A stretch of 64,000 bases of DNA, from assembly GCA_009859145.1 (NCBI GenBank), contig VRVR01000004.1, positions 338,934 through 402,933 on the forward strand, given 5' to 3'. The notes under the pieces were generated by a model, which saw only the letters and a list, made by a program, of their open reading frames with translations, did no database searches and was not told the DNA's origin. Source of the stretch: Andalucia godoyi And28. Taxonomy: Eukaryota > Protista > Jakobida. Below, one piece after another: positions 31,294 to 41,865 of the stretch (position 1 is the stretch's first letter; each line of letters opens with the position of its first letter). The translations under genes and the position numbers were made by a program.

Positions 31294-31662
31294 CTACCAT
31301 CCGTATTCTCGGAACTCCCCCTTTTTCGAATGCGCTTGCAACCGCTGCATTAACGGCGTGTTGTACTTCTCCGGAACAACTTCTTGCTTCATGATCCACT
31401 TGTAGACGTATGGATCATCTTCGTCCAACAGCTTTTCAAAGTCGTTGAGTTCGGCCGGAGTGAGCTCTTTGAGATACTGATTTGCAAATGTTCCAATAAT
31501 GAGATCGGATTCCAGCGTGCCGCGCTTGCGTGCTCGATACAAGACACGCTTGCGCTGCGTGTCCATGTCCGCAGAGGACGGAACCTCCGTGCACCGCGAT
31601 CCAAAAGACGTTGACAGCAGCCGCGCGGGCTGCAATCCTAATCGACGAGTCAGACTGAACAT
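31294..31662 (-). CDS. SDHAF2: Succinate dehydrogenase assembly factor 2 (Sdh5)
   Basis: Mitochondrial presequence (MFSLTRRLGLQPARLL) and RKRVLYRARKRGTLESDLIIGTFA...LLDEDDPYVYKWI. The true ATG is at 31662 within the 321-aa track ORF. Confidence 0.93.
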   Translation of the reverse strand: MFSLTRRLGLQPARLLSTSFGSRCTEVPSSADMDTQRKRVLYRARKRGTLESDLIIGTFANQYLKELTPAELNDFEKLLDEDDPYVYKWIMKQEVVPEKYNTPLMQRLQAHSKKGEFREYGW

Positions 31663-31966
31663 GCTATTCACTACGCTTCGACTCGAGAATTGTACCCACC
31701 TTTGCTGACTTCCACTCTCCGCGCAAGCGAACGATTGCACGCAGATGATTTTTCTCAACTTTGGGGTCGCGAGCAAAAAGCCCCGTACAGCAGACACCCA
31801 AAAAAATAGAAGTAAAATAAAAAAGTGTGTCAAATGAATTAATAATATGTATGCAAAAGAGGCATAGGCATGTTTAGTCTTTTGTGTTCTTTTGCATTCC
31901 CTGGCGCGCTGAATCATAGTATTTACTGATATCTGAAATCTAGCACATGCTATATGGAACACTGTA

Positions 31967-32785
31967 TCAGGCAAGAAGTTGCGATTTTTCATCCACGGAA
32001 CTGAAACGAGAAGTGGACTCTTGGACGGCGGATGTTGGCTCGAATCGAGCGTACACATCCGATCTGTCCGTGTAGAGTACATAATGCTGGAACAAAAAGA
32101 TGAGATCAAAGAACATGGATTCGAGCGCAAGTCCGAACTTTGCAGGATTCCCGTAAAGCTGGTTCCAGTCGTCCTGGTCCACAGATAAGCATATTTGCTG
32201 CAGAAGTGAGAAGAGCCCGCCGAAGAAATCAAGGAAAACGTTGTGGATGTTCCATCCAACCGTGCTTTTCCTCATAAAGTTCTGGTATGCCTGAGGAACA
32301 TACTTGATGAACGACATTCCAAGCTTGACAAAACTCATCAATTCCAGCATTCGAAACCACGAAAACACGTGCGCAAGAGCCAAAATCGCAAGGATGGCAA
32401 CATAGAGTAGCCCGAGTCCAATGATTCCCCAGGACATGTTCGCGACTTTCTGTTCGCCGCGCTCGAAAATCAAGCACTGAAAAGCAATGATGAACAGACA
32501 AAAGATAGCATGAAGGGCAAATGCAACGTCATTCGGCTGCACGGGGATGGATCCTGAGCCATACTCGGAATGGTACTGGTCCTGGATATCCTTGTCAAAA
32601 TACAACATGCAGGTGTAGACGGCATAGCATATAAAACCAAGAATGTTCATTGCGAGATAATCAAGGCTGTATCCGACAACCGATCGTCGCTTGTGGTTCT
32701 CCACGATCTGCGGCCAAAAAGATACGCTCCATAATACAAAGGATATCCATCCACAACTCTCGGCAAATCCTTCGAGAGGGCTCAT
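31967..32785 (-). CDS. CTNS: Cystinosin (PQ-loop lysosomal cystine transporter)
   Basis: Two PQ loops (SFWPQIVEN...SVVGYSLD; KYVPQAYQN...STVGWNI), GNPAKFGL, and a C-terminal acidic dileucine signal (EKSQLL). Confidence 0.95.
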   Translation of the reverse strand: MSPLEGFAESCGWISFVLWSVSFWPQIVENHKRRSVVGYSLDYLAMNILGFICYAVYTCMLYFDKDIQDQYHSEYGSGSIPVQPNDVAFALHAIFCLFIIAFQCLIFERGEQKVANMSWGIIGLGLLYVAILAILALAHVFSWFRMLELMSFVKLGMSFIKYVPQAYQNFMRKSTVGWNIHNVFLDFFGGLFSLLQQICLSVDQDDWNQLYGNPAKFGLALESMFFDLIFLFQHYVLYTDRSDVYARFEPTSAVQESTSRFSSVDEKSQLLA

Positions 32786-33399
32786 GAATCTACTTTTCCG
32801 CCTCTTCCGCCTCTTCCGCCTCTTCTTCTCCTTCTTTTCCTGCTGCTGCTGCTGCTGCTGATTCTGTCTGTTATGCTTCGTATGTTTGCTTGCTTTGCTA
32901 TGATGTGATCGGATAGCTTGTGACTTTCGTTGGTGCGCTCTTCTCTTGCCGACTTTTATTTATTTATTCTAAATTGAATGAGATGCATTTAAAACGTGAA
33001 ATGAAACCAATCACGCTGGGGGAATTCGCAGCGAAGGCCTGCGGAGGAATGAGGATTTCGACTACGCCTGCTAAGAACATTGCTTTGCGTTTTGATTGTT
33101 TTGTTTTTTGTTTTGCTCGGCATTGATGATTAATGAGAACCTTTCCCACCGCCAAGAGGAAACAAGGAAGCAGCTTCAACTCGCAACCAAAGGCATCATT
33201 CTTTTTTTTTTGGTACGTGTTGCATGCGTCACTTGGTTTTGGCTTCCAATCTCAGCATCTAGACTGACGGAAAGAGGCGCTGGCCAACCTGGATTGAAAC
33301 CACTGGCAACATTTTGAACTGTTCATGCCGTGCTTTATTTCGTTTTTCGTCGTCTCTGATAAAATTCCTGAAACTCTGACGTGGGTTTTTTTCCCCCAT

Positions 33400-33860
33400 C
33401 CGGCTAGAACTAATTAAAAAACGAAATCTGGCTCTCTTCTTCTTTTGGAGGCATGTTCGAAAAGACTGCACGAACGATCCGAAAAGAAGCATGATGCTTC
33501 AAAGCCAGGTGCTTCGGAAATGGGCCGCATGCGGGGGGAATGTGCAGCGTATCCGCACCACTTCTTGCCCAACGACTTCACAAATAGCGCCGAACTTCGC
33601 GAGCTTTACGCGGGAACCATGGCGGCGGGCTTGGCCCTTAGATGATTGATTCGTAGGATCGATCGTCATGCAGCATTGCAATAGTACCAATCAGAGCCAA
33701 TCAGGTATTGATGCAGTGCAGGCGCCTATCCAGAAAAGCCACCGTCACTGCAAAGGTTTTCTGCTGTTCTGACGTACTATAACTTAGATGCTATTTCCCG
33801 ACACGTAACAGGCAATTTCGCGTTCCCGATTTCGGACGCCTCCATCCCCAAAGGAGGAAA
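33400..33860 (+). pseudogene. Decayed LTR-retrotransposon (Ty3/gypsy-like) RNase H domain
   Basis: One frame with 3 stops reads HDASKPG...AELRELYAG...RIDRHAAL...KPPSLQRFSAVLTYYNL..SRHVTG...ISDA. D-E-D spacing and the PxxLxRxxxxLxxY motif match retroelement RNase H. Confidence 0.5.
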
Positions 33861-34001
33861 ACAAAAGAGTCGTCAAAACAAAAACAAAAAATCATAATAA
33901 AAGTCTCAACTCTATTATTTTCTAGGTTTTTGTTTTCTTTTTTTAATCGCCTTTCGCTTTTTTCCATTCTGTTCCATCTTCAATCTTTGTGTAGCAGGCA
34001 C

Positions 34002-37000
34002 ATGTCTGATTGTTCTCCAACGACACCGTTGTTGATGGAGTCTAATTCTGCTTCACCCCGAAGTGCTGTGAAAAGGTTTCCTCCATCGTCTGCGGCTGTT
34101 GATGACGACGGCAATGCTTTCAGTGGTGCAGCGCCGACCGCAGCATCTCCGTTGTCGAATCGGTATGTGTCTTCACCCGCCAATTCTTTGCGACAGAATC
34201 CTTTCAGAAGCAGAATCCAGATTGACACGGCTTCACAGGATGCAATGGATGAAGATGTCGTGCCTCGGGCGTCGGATGATGCAGAATACGACGATGCAGA
34301 GAACACAGACCTAGGACACAATGACGACGACGACGACGCCGTCGATAATCGCAAAGCTGTTGGGAAGAAAACCCTAGGGATCGGGATTCTGTTGTTTGTG
34401 TTCCGTTTGCTGTTTTTCATTATTGTTCCATGTCTCGTGCTTGCGATCGGGGTGTGGAGGTTCAATGTCGTTTCCATTGTGTATTTGTTCGTGCTACTGT
34501 TGCTGCACGGAACTGCGCGGCTGCGCGTCAGTAGCGTGACGAATCACGTAACGGCCTGCCCAAAGGCATTGTGGTGGTATGTTTTGTGCGCTGTCATTGT
34601 TGCGTACATGTTTGCACAAATCATTTCGCAATTCACTTCTGCTGGAGATTCTGGCCGGGATGTGTTTGGTTTGGGTCGCCTTTCATGTTCCGATGCGCTG
34701 GAATGCACGCGAGAAGTGGTTGTGTACCTCCTTCTTGACGTATTCTTGCTCGTGTCATCTATTGTGGGCATTGTTTTGGAGCCGCGTCTGCGCTGCAAGT
34801 TGGACACTCGAATTTCAAAATTCCTCAAGGGCGATTATGGTGCGGCATCGGTGGCGTCGATCATGCCGATTTTGATCACGTTTCGAACACTCTTCATATG
34901 CATCGTGCTGATTTTCACCGCGCTTACGGTTCTGGCACGAGCCTCGTTTTTCAATGTGCCGCTTCTCTTCTTCTTGGTGATTGTCGTGTATCGCTATTCG
35001 TTTCATAAGCCAATGCTTGCCACTCAAACCCACGTTCAATCTAAATTTTATTCGAGTACCCTTGTAATGGTGACAACGTATTCTTGGATTGTGTTGTTCG
35101 CGTTGTACATTTCGTTCATTATGGGAAGCACGTTTCCAAGAGGTAGCGGAACAGAAGAAGTCGGATTCTACGATTTCACGAACTCGTCGCAGCTTTCCTG
35201 GCCAGCTGCGGTGTCTGTGTCGTGTCTGTTCTTTCTTGCGGTGTACTCGATCCGTGCAATTGAATATCACAACGCGGTGTACAAACTCATGGTCAGCACC
35301 AAGGATTTTCAAAATCAGACGAGTTCGCTCCCACGGCGTCTCAAACAGTTCGTTTACCTGGGGATGAACAAAGTCGGCGTGTATCTGACAGCAGCGTGTC
35401 TCGTGGCTACCGCGGTGCTATTTATTTCCGTACTAGATGTTGGACTGCTCTGCATGGGCTTTTATGGGCTCATGAGCAGACAGTCGGGTCGTGCGAGACT
35501 CCTGTTCTTGAGATATTGCTTCGGGGTTTGTGTTCCAATCCTGTTTTTGTCTTACGTATACGGAGTTTTTGTGGACCATCTGAAACAGGATGCTATCCAA
35601 CTGCTTTCCAATATTGTGCACTTTATGCTGACGGTCATCTGTGGGCTGTCTCACTACTCGATACATTATCGTATGCGTCAAAAGAATCAGGAAGCCACAG
35701 AGTCGTCACCCTCCGGTTCCTATGTTCCTCCGACGATAGTAATTGCATCAGATGCTGCCTCGGTCTCCGATGCGGTGACTCCCGGGACGTCGCAGTCGCC
35801 GATGCTGACAAACTCAGCCTCTCGCAAGCCTCATGGAATTCCGGACGGTGGTGGCGTTGGAAAATACGAAAAACGCGGAGCGTTTCGAACGTTTGTTGCG
35901 GAATGTTTTTATCTGGGTGTACGAGAATTTGATCGGCTTACCTTGTTGCTGGTGTACGTTGCGGCACTGTCCGACGTTTCCATTTTGCACACCGTCTTCC
36001 TTTTGTTTTTTCTCCTCTTTTTCATTTTTAGATCTCTCTCGCTCAAGCACTGGAATTTTTTGGTGATCTACACAATGGCTGCGATGCTTTCACTCTACAT
36101 ATTCTACATTGTGGTTTCCTTTTCCGGTGCCGGCAACTCCGTTGTCAGCGAAATTTTCGGATACGATGTATGCACGTCGTTTGCCTGCAGCTACAAGCTT
36201 TTTTGGTTTACTGTTGTTCTGCTGGGAGCATCTATTCAGCTTCGATTGTATCGTGCAAATGTTTATAGGATTGCATGTTCTCGAACCATTGACGTTCCTC
36301 ATCTCTTTTCCACTCTCCTCGTCCTGACTTTCACCTACGTTTTCATGTTTTGCCGCTCCGTTTTGATCAATCCGGATCCGTCTTTCATGAACCTCGGATT
36401 CCTGATTTTTTGGTTGGTGTTTATGTTTGTGCATATGCAGAGCAATTCGTCTTTCAAAGCCGTGCGACCGATTTTCTTGCTGGTCTCCATATACTCTGCA
36501 TTCGTCCTGCTTGCTCGCTACGTTTACCAATTTTCGCAGCTTGCACAAAAGGCAAACGAGGCTTTGGGTTCGTCTCAAACCCCATTGAATCAAATTGGTC
36601 TTGTTGCGTATGGTTCTGAACTGTTTGTGCATCTTCTCCCAGACGTCGTGATGTTCTTGGCTTGCATTTTCTCTTTCCAGATCCTGCTTCCCAGCAAGCA
36701 AGATACTCAATCGGATGCGGAATCCGATCATGTGCACGTCATCGGTTGGTTCTCGCGACTCGAATCACTTGTTGCTGGGAAACGAGTGCAGTATTGCAAG
36801 TTGATTGCTATCCGCCTGCTGGTCGTTCACACGCATCATGCTTTCTTGTTTCTGATGGCGTGCACGGCACTGGCATACTATTCTTTAATTGGATTTGGAT
36901 ACTTGCTGCTGACCGTCGCGGCATTGTTCTCCTTGGCGGCGGGCATGAGTTTGCATTATCGCGTCGTAACGGTTGCATTTTCTTGTGCTACTTTGGTATT

Positions 37001-40000
37001 TTATTACGTTTTCCGCCTTCAGTTCTTTCCAGGGAATGATTCGCCTGGCATTTGGCTGTGGCTTGGTTTGGATGATCGCTCGTCATCCTTGCTGGATTCG
37101 GGTGGCTGGTCCTTGTTTTTGCTTGTGATTGCAGGTGTCGCGCTGGGCAGGATACGGCGACTGCAGAGTCGAGATTCGAGATTCTCGGGTATTTATACCA
37201 TTTTCCCGGTCGAGTATGAGAAGTTTCCAAGTGTGTCGCACAGTACAAAGCTCAGCTTGATGTATTTTGTAGATCATTTTTTCGAACTGTGGAGCTTTGA
37301 AATATGCGTGATCACGATGCTTGTTGTAGCAGTCGCCTTGAGTACTGTTGTGTCCTTTCTTTATTTGTTCTGTGCGCTTTCTGCATTCTTCTTTCGGCGA
37401 AATCGGCGAATCATTTTGTGGACTGGATTCTTGTTCACATTCTCTGTTATTGTTCTCGTCCAATACTTCTTCAATATTGGCGTTCCGAATGGACCCAACA
37501 ATGATCCAAATTCGTCGTTCGTTGAACCGCATGGTACAACTTCTTCGGAAACGACTCGATTTTTGTCTTTTCAACCGGATCATCCGTATGTGTATGTTGG
37601 AGAACTGGTCGTCTGCTTTGTTCTTGCGCTGTCCATCCGAGCGACTTTGAGAATGCGGAAGCGGCATCTTTTCTTGCTGACTCTATATGGAGTCTCTGCC
37701 GCACCGGATCGAAGCTCTGTATCCGATTCTCAATCGTATTCAAAAGGCGAGACTCCTTCTGCGAAGACAAGAAAGAGCCAGTCATTTATCCAAAGGATCC
37801 AAGAGCCGTTCTTGTCCTCTGCGTATCTGCTGGCAGTTGTCTTTGTCTTTATCGTCGCGATTGCGCAGCCCCCAAACATGTTCAATATCGGTTACATCAT
37901 GTTCTGCTTCGTCCTTTTGATCAAGAATAAGTCCATTATGATGAGCCACGGCCAGCCCTTGTGGACACTGCTCGGTTTTTACAACTTCCTTGTAATCCTG
38001 CTGAAGATTGCCTACAAGATTCCGTGGCCCGCTTTGCATGATACTGACTGGCGCCAGATTGCATTTGGATTGTACAACAACACCAGCGTGCCGCGAGGAA
38101 TGCTCAGCATTTCCGACGGGTGTGGCGGCGATTTGATGATTGCTGCTGTCTTCTTGCTTCAAGGGCATCTGTTTTCGTCAATGGTGTTCGTTAGTTGTGT
38201 TCTGCGCGCAATGAAGCGGTCTGCCACAAAAGCCCCGTCATTCGCTCTGTTTGTTGCTCTTCTGCGGGAATCTCGAAACCTGATCATCTCAACAGGTGAA
38301 GAGAAGGCGCGCAAAGAGCGTCGAAGTCGACTGGATGCCGTCAGACTGATGCGAAATGGCAAAGACGAAGAAGCTTTGAAATCTTCGGGGATGGTTTCCG
38401 ATGTTCTGCGGCAATCCGTTGAAGAGGAAGATACCAACGAGGATGCCGGTGTTTCATCATCCAACGTCGTCGCTGCAAGCGATTCCGGTGCAGCACTGGT
38501 CGGTGAGGGCCTCCAAGAACATACTGCAGCCGACAGTGCAGCGGAAGCAAAGACAGGCAAGCCGAAGAAGAGGTCTTTGTGGGGCAAGATCCAGAACTTC
38601 TCCTTCAACTTCTGCTGTCAAGTTTGTGTATGGCTGATTTTTCATTCGGAACCTCATCCTGATTATGCTCTAGACTATGTATGGAACTCTGTTTTCATTG
38701 ATGCAATCATCAGTTTGCGCAAGGACCGTCTTTCCATGGGTACTGATGTTGCTGTGTTTAAGGGCCTTTCCAAGAACAACAAGGGCGTTGTGGTTGGAAA
38801 TGATGCTACCAACTTTGTGTGCTCTTCGGATCCTCTGGTGGCTGCCAGGAGTCTCTCGCATCTCCAGTGTTCTTTGCTGTGGAACGGCTTGACGCAGAGA
38901 TTCGAAGGGATTCCGACAGTGGAGATGTGGAAGTCGGTGTTGTTTCGGATGTGGTTTTTCTTGCGCTGTTTCACACTGAGTCACTTGCATTCCATCTGCT
39001 ATGTGATGTTTTGTGTCAATTTTCTTGCGTATGGTTCGCTGATTTCTTTGATATTTCCATTGACTGGCTTCTACTTTGCAATGACAAGGGTTCCGTATCC
39101 GACTCACAAGTACTGGATCATTGTCATGTGGATCACTGCCTTGACGGTTCTGGTGAAATACATATTTGCACTACCGTTTTTCTGTGTTTGTCACGGACAA
39201 GACGGCAACACCGTCCATTTCTACTCGTACTGCGATTCAAATCCTTCTCGTTGCAATTACAGTCCTGATTTGCAAAACACGCGAGTGCTGTGGGAGTCGT
39301 TTGTTGGGATTACGCAGTATCCGCTGTTCACTTCGTCCTTCTTCTCCTTTCTGGTGTGGGACGTTCTCATATTCCTGTCCGTATTTTATTTCCGACTTAT
39401 TCAGCGCAAGAAAGGACATCTCCGAGAAACCTTCTCTGCAAATTCCATTCTGAAAGAATCGTTTTCAATGTCTATGCACGACGTCCACTGCAGCGCTGTG
39501 AATCCTGTCCTCCGCAGTCTTACGCAGTTTCATATTCAGCTTCAGGATGAGTACAATTTGACGTATTCTGAGAATCTGCTTGCCGAGAAAGCCGGAGTGC
39601 CTAATGCCGTATTGAAAGAGGCAGACGACGACGGCGATGATGCTGATGCTGATGCTGATTCTCATTCTGGTGGCTTCAAAAGGCGATGGAAGCATCTGAC
39701 GATCTGGAAGCAAATGATGTTTGCGTTTATTCCGCAATGGTTGTTGGTCAAGATTTTCGGGCCTAAAAAGAATGATGCGAAAAAAACGGATGCGAACGCG
39801 GACTGTGATTCTGAAGAAGAGGAGCTTCGTGAGAAGAAGTTGCGTAACGAGAAACGCATTTTGCGCCGCATGCTATTTCCTGGCATCGATTTGTTTTCTG
39901 CGATGATGATTACGGAAATGATATCCTTGATTATTTTGTTCTTTTCATATAACAGGCTTTTTCGAGATAACAATCCGTCGAGTGCGTCCAACGAAGGAAT

Positions 40001-41666
40001 TGCAAGTTCTGTGAGCCAAAGCCAAATATCAGGTATTTTTGTTGTATCATTTATGGTGCAGGTGTTCTTTTTCGTAATGGATAGGATGGTGTACGTACAG
40101 CGCTCTGTGAAGACCAAATTGTTGATGCAATTTGTCTTTTGCATTCCACTATACATGATCATACTCCCCTACATCTTATGTTATGACGTTCGATCCGGCG
40201 GCTCTTCCAACAGAATTGATTCCTCCTCGTCGTCGTCATCGTCGTCTAGGTCCTCCACGCGTTCCTTGACCGCAGTACTGCCGCTGGGTGCTGAAAATCC
40301 GTTTTTTGCGAATCTCGCTTTGCTGTTTCTGACCGTGTTCAAGTGCATATACCTTGGACTGTCGTCCATGCAAATTGGTGCTGGCTATCCTCGCTTGTTC
40401 GTGCGGTCGCTGGACTTCTCGTTCTTTTCCTACTGCTGGTTTGTGACCAAACGCTCCTTGCCATTTCTGTTTGAAATCCGTGCTTTGATCGATTGGACAA
40501 CGCTTCGAACATCACTGCAGCTGTTTGAGTGGCTCAAGGTTGAAGACGTGTTTGCTGAGGTGTACAAGCGCAAGTGCGACGTGGAAGACTATCGCAACAT
40601 GAATCGACAACTTGGCGAAAAACAACCTCTTGTTACAAAGATCTTTTCGGGGGTTCTTCTCATTCTGCTTGTTCTTTTGGTGCTTTTCCTGCCGTTGATC
40701 TATTACTCAACATTGAATCCGGCGTTGACTGCAAACTATGTCTCCGGAGCGCAGGTTGAAATTGGTATTGGAGTTTTCACATCTCTCTACCAGAGCTCGC
40801 GTCCTTCTGCCATTTCCGGACTGTCTTCTTCTACAATTCGGGACGTCGTGTCGAAATACAGAAGTCTCGCTGAGTTCCAAACTTCAAATTTGGATGACCA
40901 ATTTATTGAAATGGCGACATTCTCGAACAATGTTTGGGGCATTTCTCCGGGGAACCGTCTGGATTTGCTTAGTCAGCTCAATTCAACAACATCCAAGCTG
41001 GAACTGTTCCTTGCGTACTCATTTGAGAGGGCGGGCCCTGTTGACAACCGCATCATATCGGGAGGTTCTTCGATATTCTTGTCGAGCGCGCAGAAACTGG
41101 CTTTTTACAGTGCATTGTCTGGGTCGGGATCTTCGGTTGTCGTCGATTCGTTCTACTCGCCATTTCTTCGTCTGAAGCCGTATGGAGATGTCGAGGTGAT
41201 CGACAGTACTCTGTCTGCCGCTTGTACTCTGACAAAAAACGGACAGTTCGGCAACGCGTCGAACCCAGAGTACTGGGCAGTTGCTTGCGTGGATATTGTT
41301 TCGGCGTTTGCGACCGACGGAATGTACTTTATTACGGGGAGCGATGAAATTACCCAAACCGACAGTTTGACCGGTTCTTTGCAGTCCTACAGCATCATTG
41401 CGTTCTATGCCACGTTTGTCCTGGCCGTCGGTCGGTTTCTGCGAATGGCGGTCTCTGGGCTCGCCGCGAAGATTATCATTGAAGATCTTCCGGAGCCCAT
41501 TGAGATTATTCGACTGGTCCTCATGATCTATGAGGCTCGCGATCAGGCAGACCTCATTTTGGAAGAATTGTTGTTCCGCGAACTGATACTGATTTACCGA
41601 TCACCAGAAATGCTGCTCAAGCTCACAGAGGATCACTCCGCGCAGCGCAGTATGAAGACAGATTGA
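34002..41666 (+). CDS. PIEZO: Piezo mechanosensitive ion channel (~2554 aa, single exon)
   Basis: Dozens of TM segments, the PFEW region (LPFLFEIRALIDW...LFEWLKVED), outer helix, cap, inner helix SIIAFYATFVLAVGRFLR, and C-terminal LEELLFRELILIYRSPE. Confidence 0.97.
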   Translation: MSDCSPTTPLLMESNSASPRSAVKRFPPSSAAVDDDGNAFSGAAPTAASPLSNRYVSSPANSLRQNPFRSRIQIDTASQDAMDEDVVPRASDDAEYDDAENTDLGHNDDDDDAVDNRKAVGKKTLGIGILLFVFRLLFFIIVPCLVLAIGVWRFNVVSIVYLFVLLLLHGTARLRVSSVTNHVTACPKALWWYVLCAVIVAYMFAQIISQFTSAGDSGRDVFGLGRLSCSDALECTREVVVYLLLDVFLLVSSIVGIVLEPRLRCKLDTRISKFLKGDYGAASVASIMPILITFRTLFICIVLIFTALTVLARASFFNVPLLFFLVIVVYRYSFHKPMLATQTHVQSKFYSSTLVMVTTYSWIVLFALYISFIMGSTFPRGSGTEEVGFYDFTNSSQLSWPAAVSVSCLFFLAVYSIRAIEYHNAVYKLMVSTKDFQNQTSSLPRRLKQFVYLGMNKVGVYLTAACLVATAVLFISVLDVGLLCMGFYGLMSRQSGRARLLFLRYCFGVCVPILFLSYVYGVFVDHLKQDAIQLLSNIVHFMLTVICGLSHYSIHYRMRQKNQEATESSPSGSYVPPTIVIASDAASVSDAVTPGTSQSPMLTNSASRKPHGIPDGGGVGKYEKRGAFRTFVAECFYLGVREFDRLTLLLVYVAALSDVSILHTVFLLFFLLFFIFRSLSLKHWNFLVIYTMAAMLSLYIFYIVVSFSGAGNSVVSEIFGYDVCTSFACSYKLFWFTVVLLGASIQLRLYRANVYRIACSRTIDVPHLFSTLLVLTFTYVFMFCRSVLINPDPSFMNLGFLIFWLVFMFVHMQSNSSFKAVRPIFLLVSIYSAFVLLARYVYQFSQLAQKANEALGSSQTPLNQIGLVAYGSELFVHLLPDVVMFLACIFSFQILLPSKQDTQSDAESDHVHVIGWFSRLESLVAGKRVQYCKLIAIRLLVVHTHHAFLFLMACTALAYYSLIGFGYLLLTVAALFSLAAGMSLHYRVVTVAFSCATLVFYYVFRLQFFPGNDSPGIWLWLGLDDRSSSLLDSGGWSLFLLVIAGVALGRIRRLQSRDSRFSGIYTIFPVEYEKFPSVSHSTKLSLMYFVDHFFELWSFEICVITMLVVAVALSTVVSFLYLFCALSAFFFRRNRRIILWTGFLFTFSVIVLVQYFFNIGVPNGPNNDPNSSFVEPHGTTSSETTRFLSFQPDHPYVYVGELVVCFVLALSIRATLRMRKRHLFLLTLYGVSAAPDRSSVSDSQSYSKGETPSAKTRKSQSFIQRIQEPFLSSAYLLAVVFVFIVAIAQPPNMFNIGYIMFCFVLLIKNKSIMMSHGQPLWTLLGFYNFLVILLKIAYKIPWPALHDTDWRQIAFGLYNNTSVPRGMLSISDGCGGDLMIAAVFLLQGHLFSSMVFVSCVLRAMKRSATKAPSFALFVALLRESRNLIISTGEEKARKERRSRLDAVRLMRNGKDEEALKSSGMVSDVLRQSVEEEDTNEDAGVSSSNVVAASDSGAALVGEGLQEHTAADSAAEAKTGKPKKRSLWGKIQNFSFNFCCQVCVWLIFHSEPHPDYALDYVWNSVFIDAIISLRKDRLSMGTDVAVFKGLSKNNKGVVVGNDATNFVCSSDPLVAARSLSHLQCSLLWNGLTQRFEGIPTVEMWKSVLFRMWFFLRCFTLSHLHSICYVMFCVNFLAYGSLISLIFPLTGFYFAMTRVPYPTHKYWIIVMWITALTVLVKYIFALPFFCVCHGQDGNTVHFYSYCDSNPSRCNYSPDLQNTRVLWESFVGITQYPLFTSSFFSFLVWDVLIFLSVFYFRLIQRKKGHLRETFSANSILKESFSMSMHDVHCSAVNPVLRSLTQFHIQLQDEYNLTYSENLLAEKAGVPNAVLKEADDDGDDADADADSHSGGFKRRWKHLTIWKQMMFAFIPQWLLVKIFGPKKNDAKKTDANADCDSEEEELREKKLRNEKRILRRMLFPGIDLFSAMMITEMISLIILFFSYNRLFRDNNPSSASNEGIASSVSQSQISGIFVVSFMVQVFFFVMDRMVYVQRSVKTKLLMQFVFCIPLYMIILPYILCYDVRSGGSSNRIDSSSSSSSSSRSSTRSLTAVLPLGAENPFFANLALLFLTVFKCIYLGLSSMQIGAGYPRLFVRSLDFSFFSYCWFVTKRSLPFLFEIRALIDWTTLRTSLQLFEWLKVEDVFAEVYKRKCDVEDYRNMNRQLGEKQPLVTKIFSGVLLILLVLLVLFLPLIYYSTLNPALTANYVSGAQVEIGIGVFTSLYQSSRPSAISGLSSSTIRDVVSKYRSLAEFQTSNLDDQFIEMATFSNNVWGISPGNRLDLLSQLNSTTSKLELFLAYSFERAGPVDNRIISGGSSIFLSSAQKLAFYSALSGSGSSVVVDSFYSPFLRLKPYGDVEVIDSTLSAACTLTKNGQFGNASNPEYWAVACVDIVSAFATDGMYFITGSDEITQTDSLTGSLQSYSIIAFYATFVLAVGRFLRMAVSGLAAKIIIEDLPEPIEIIRLVLMIYEARDQADLILEELLFRELILIYRSPEMLLKLTEDHSAQRSMKTD

Positions 41667-41865
41667 TAAGACGGTGTTGTTGTCTTTTTCTTCTTTTTTT
41701 TTTTGCTGATTGCTGTTTTCTGCTTTCCGTTGGAAACACACTGCTCCTCCAGTAAGCAATGTTTCTCTCTCCTCTATTTCCAAAACTGTATTATCCTTAC
41801 CATCCAGAGTGAATGGCGGCGATCGCCCCGCCAAAATAGAAGAGGAGGAATCGACATGCTATCTG

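Noticed and set aside
31663-32259. N-terminal ~200 aa of the 321-aa ORF ending in SDHAF2
   Set aside because: Overlaps the cystinosin 3' end and a T-rich spacer; SDHAF2 has its own ATG and presequence at 31662.
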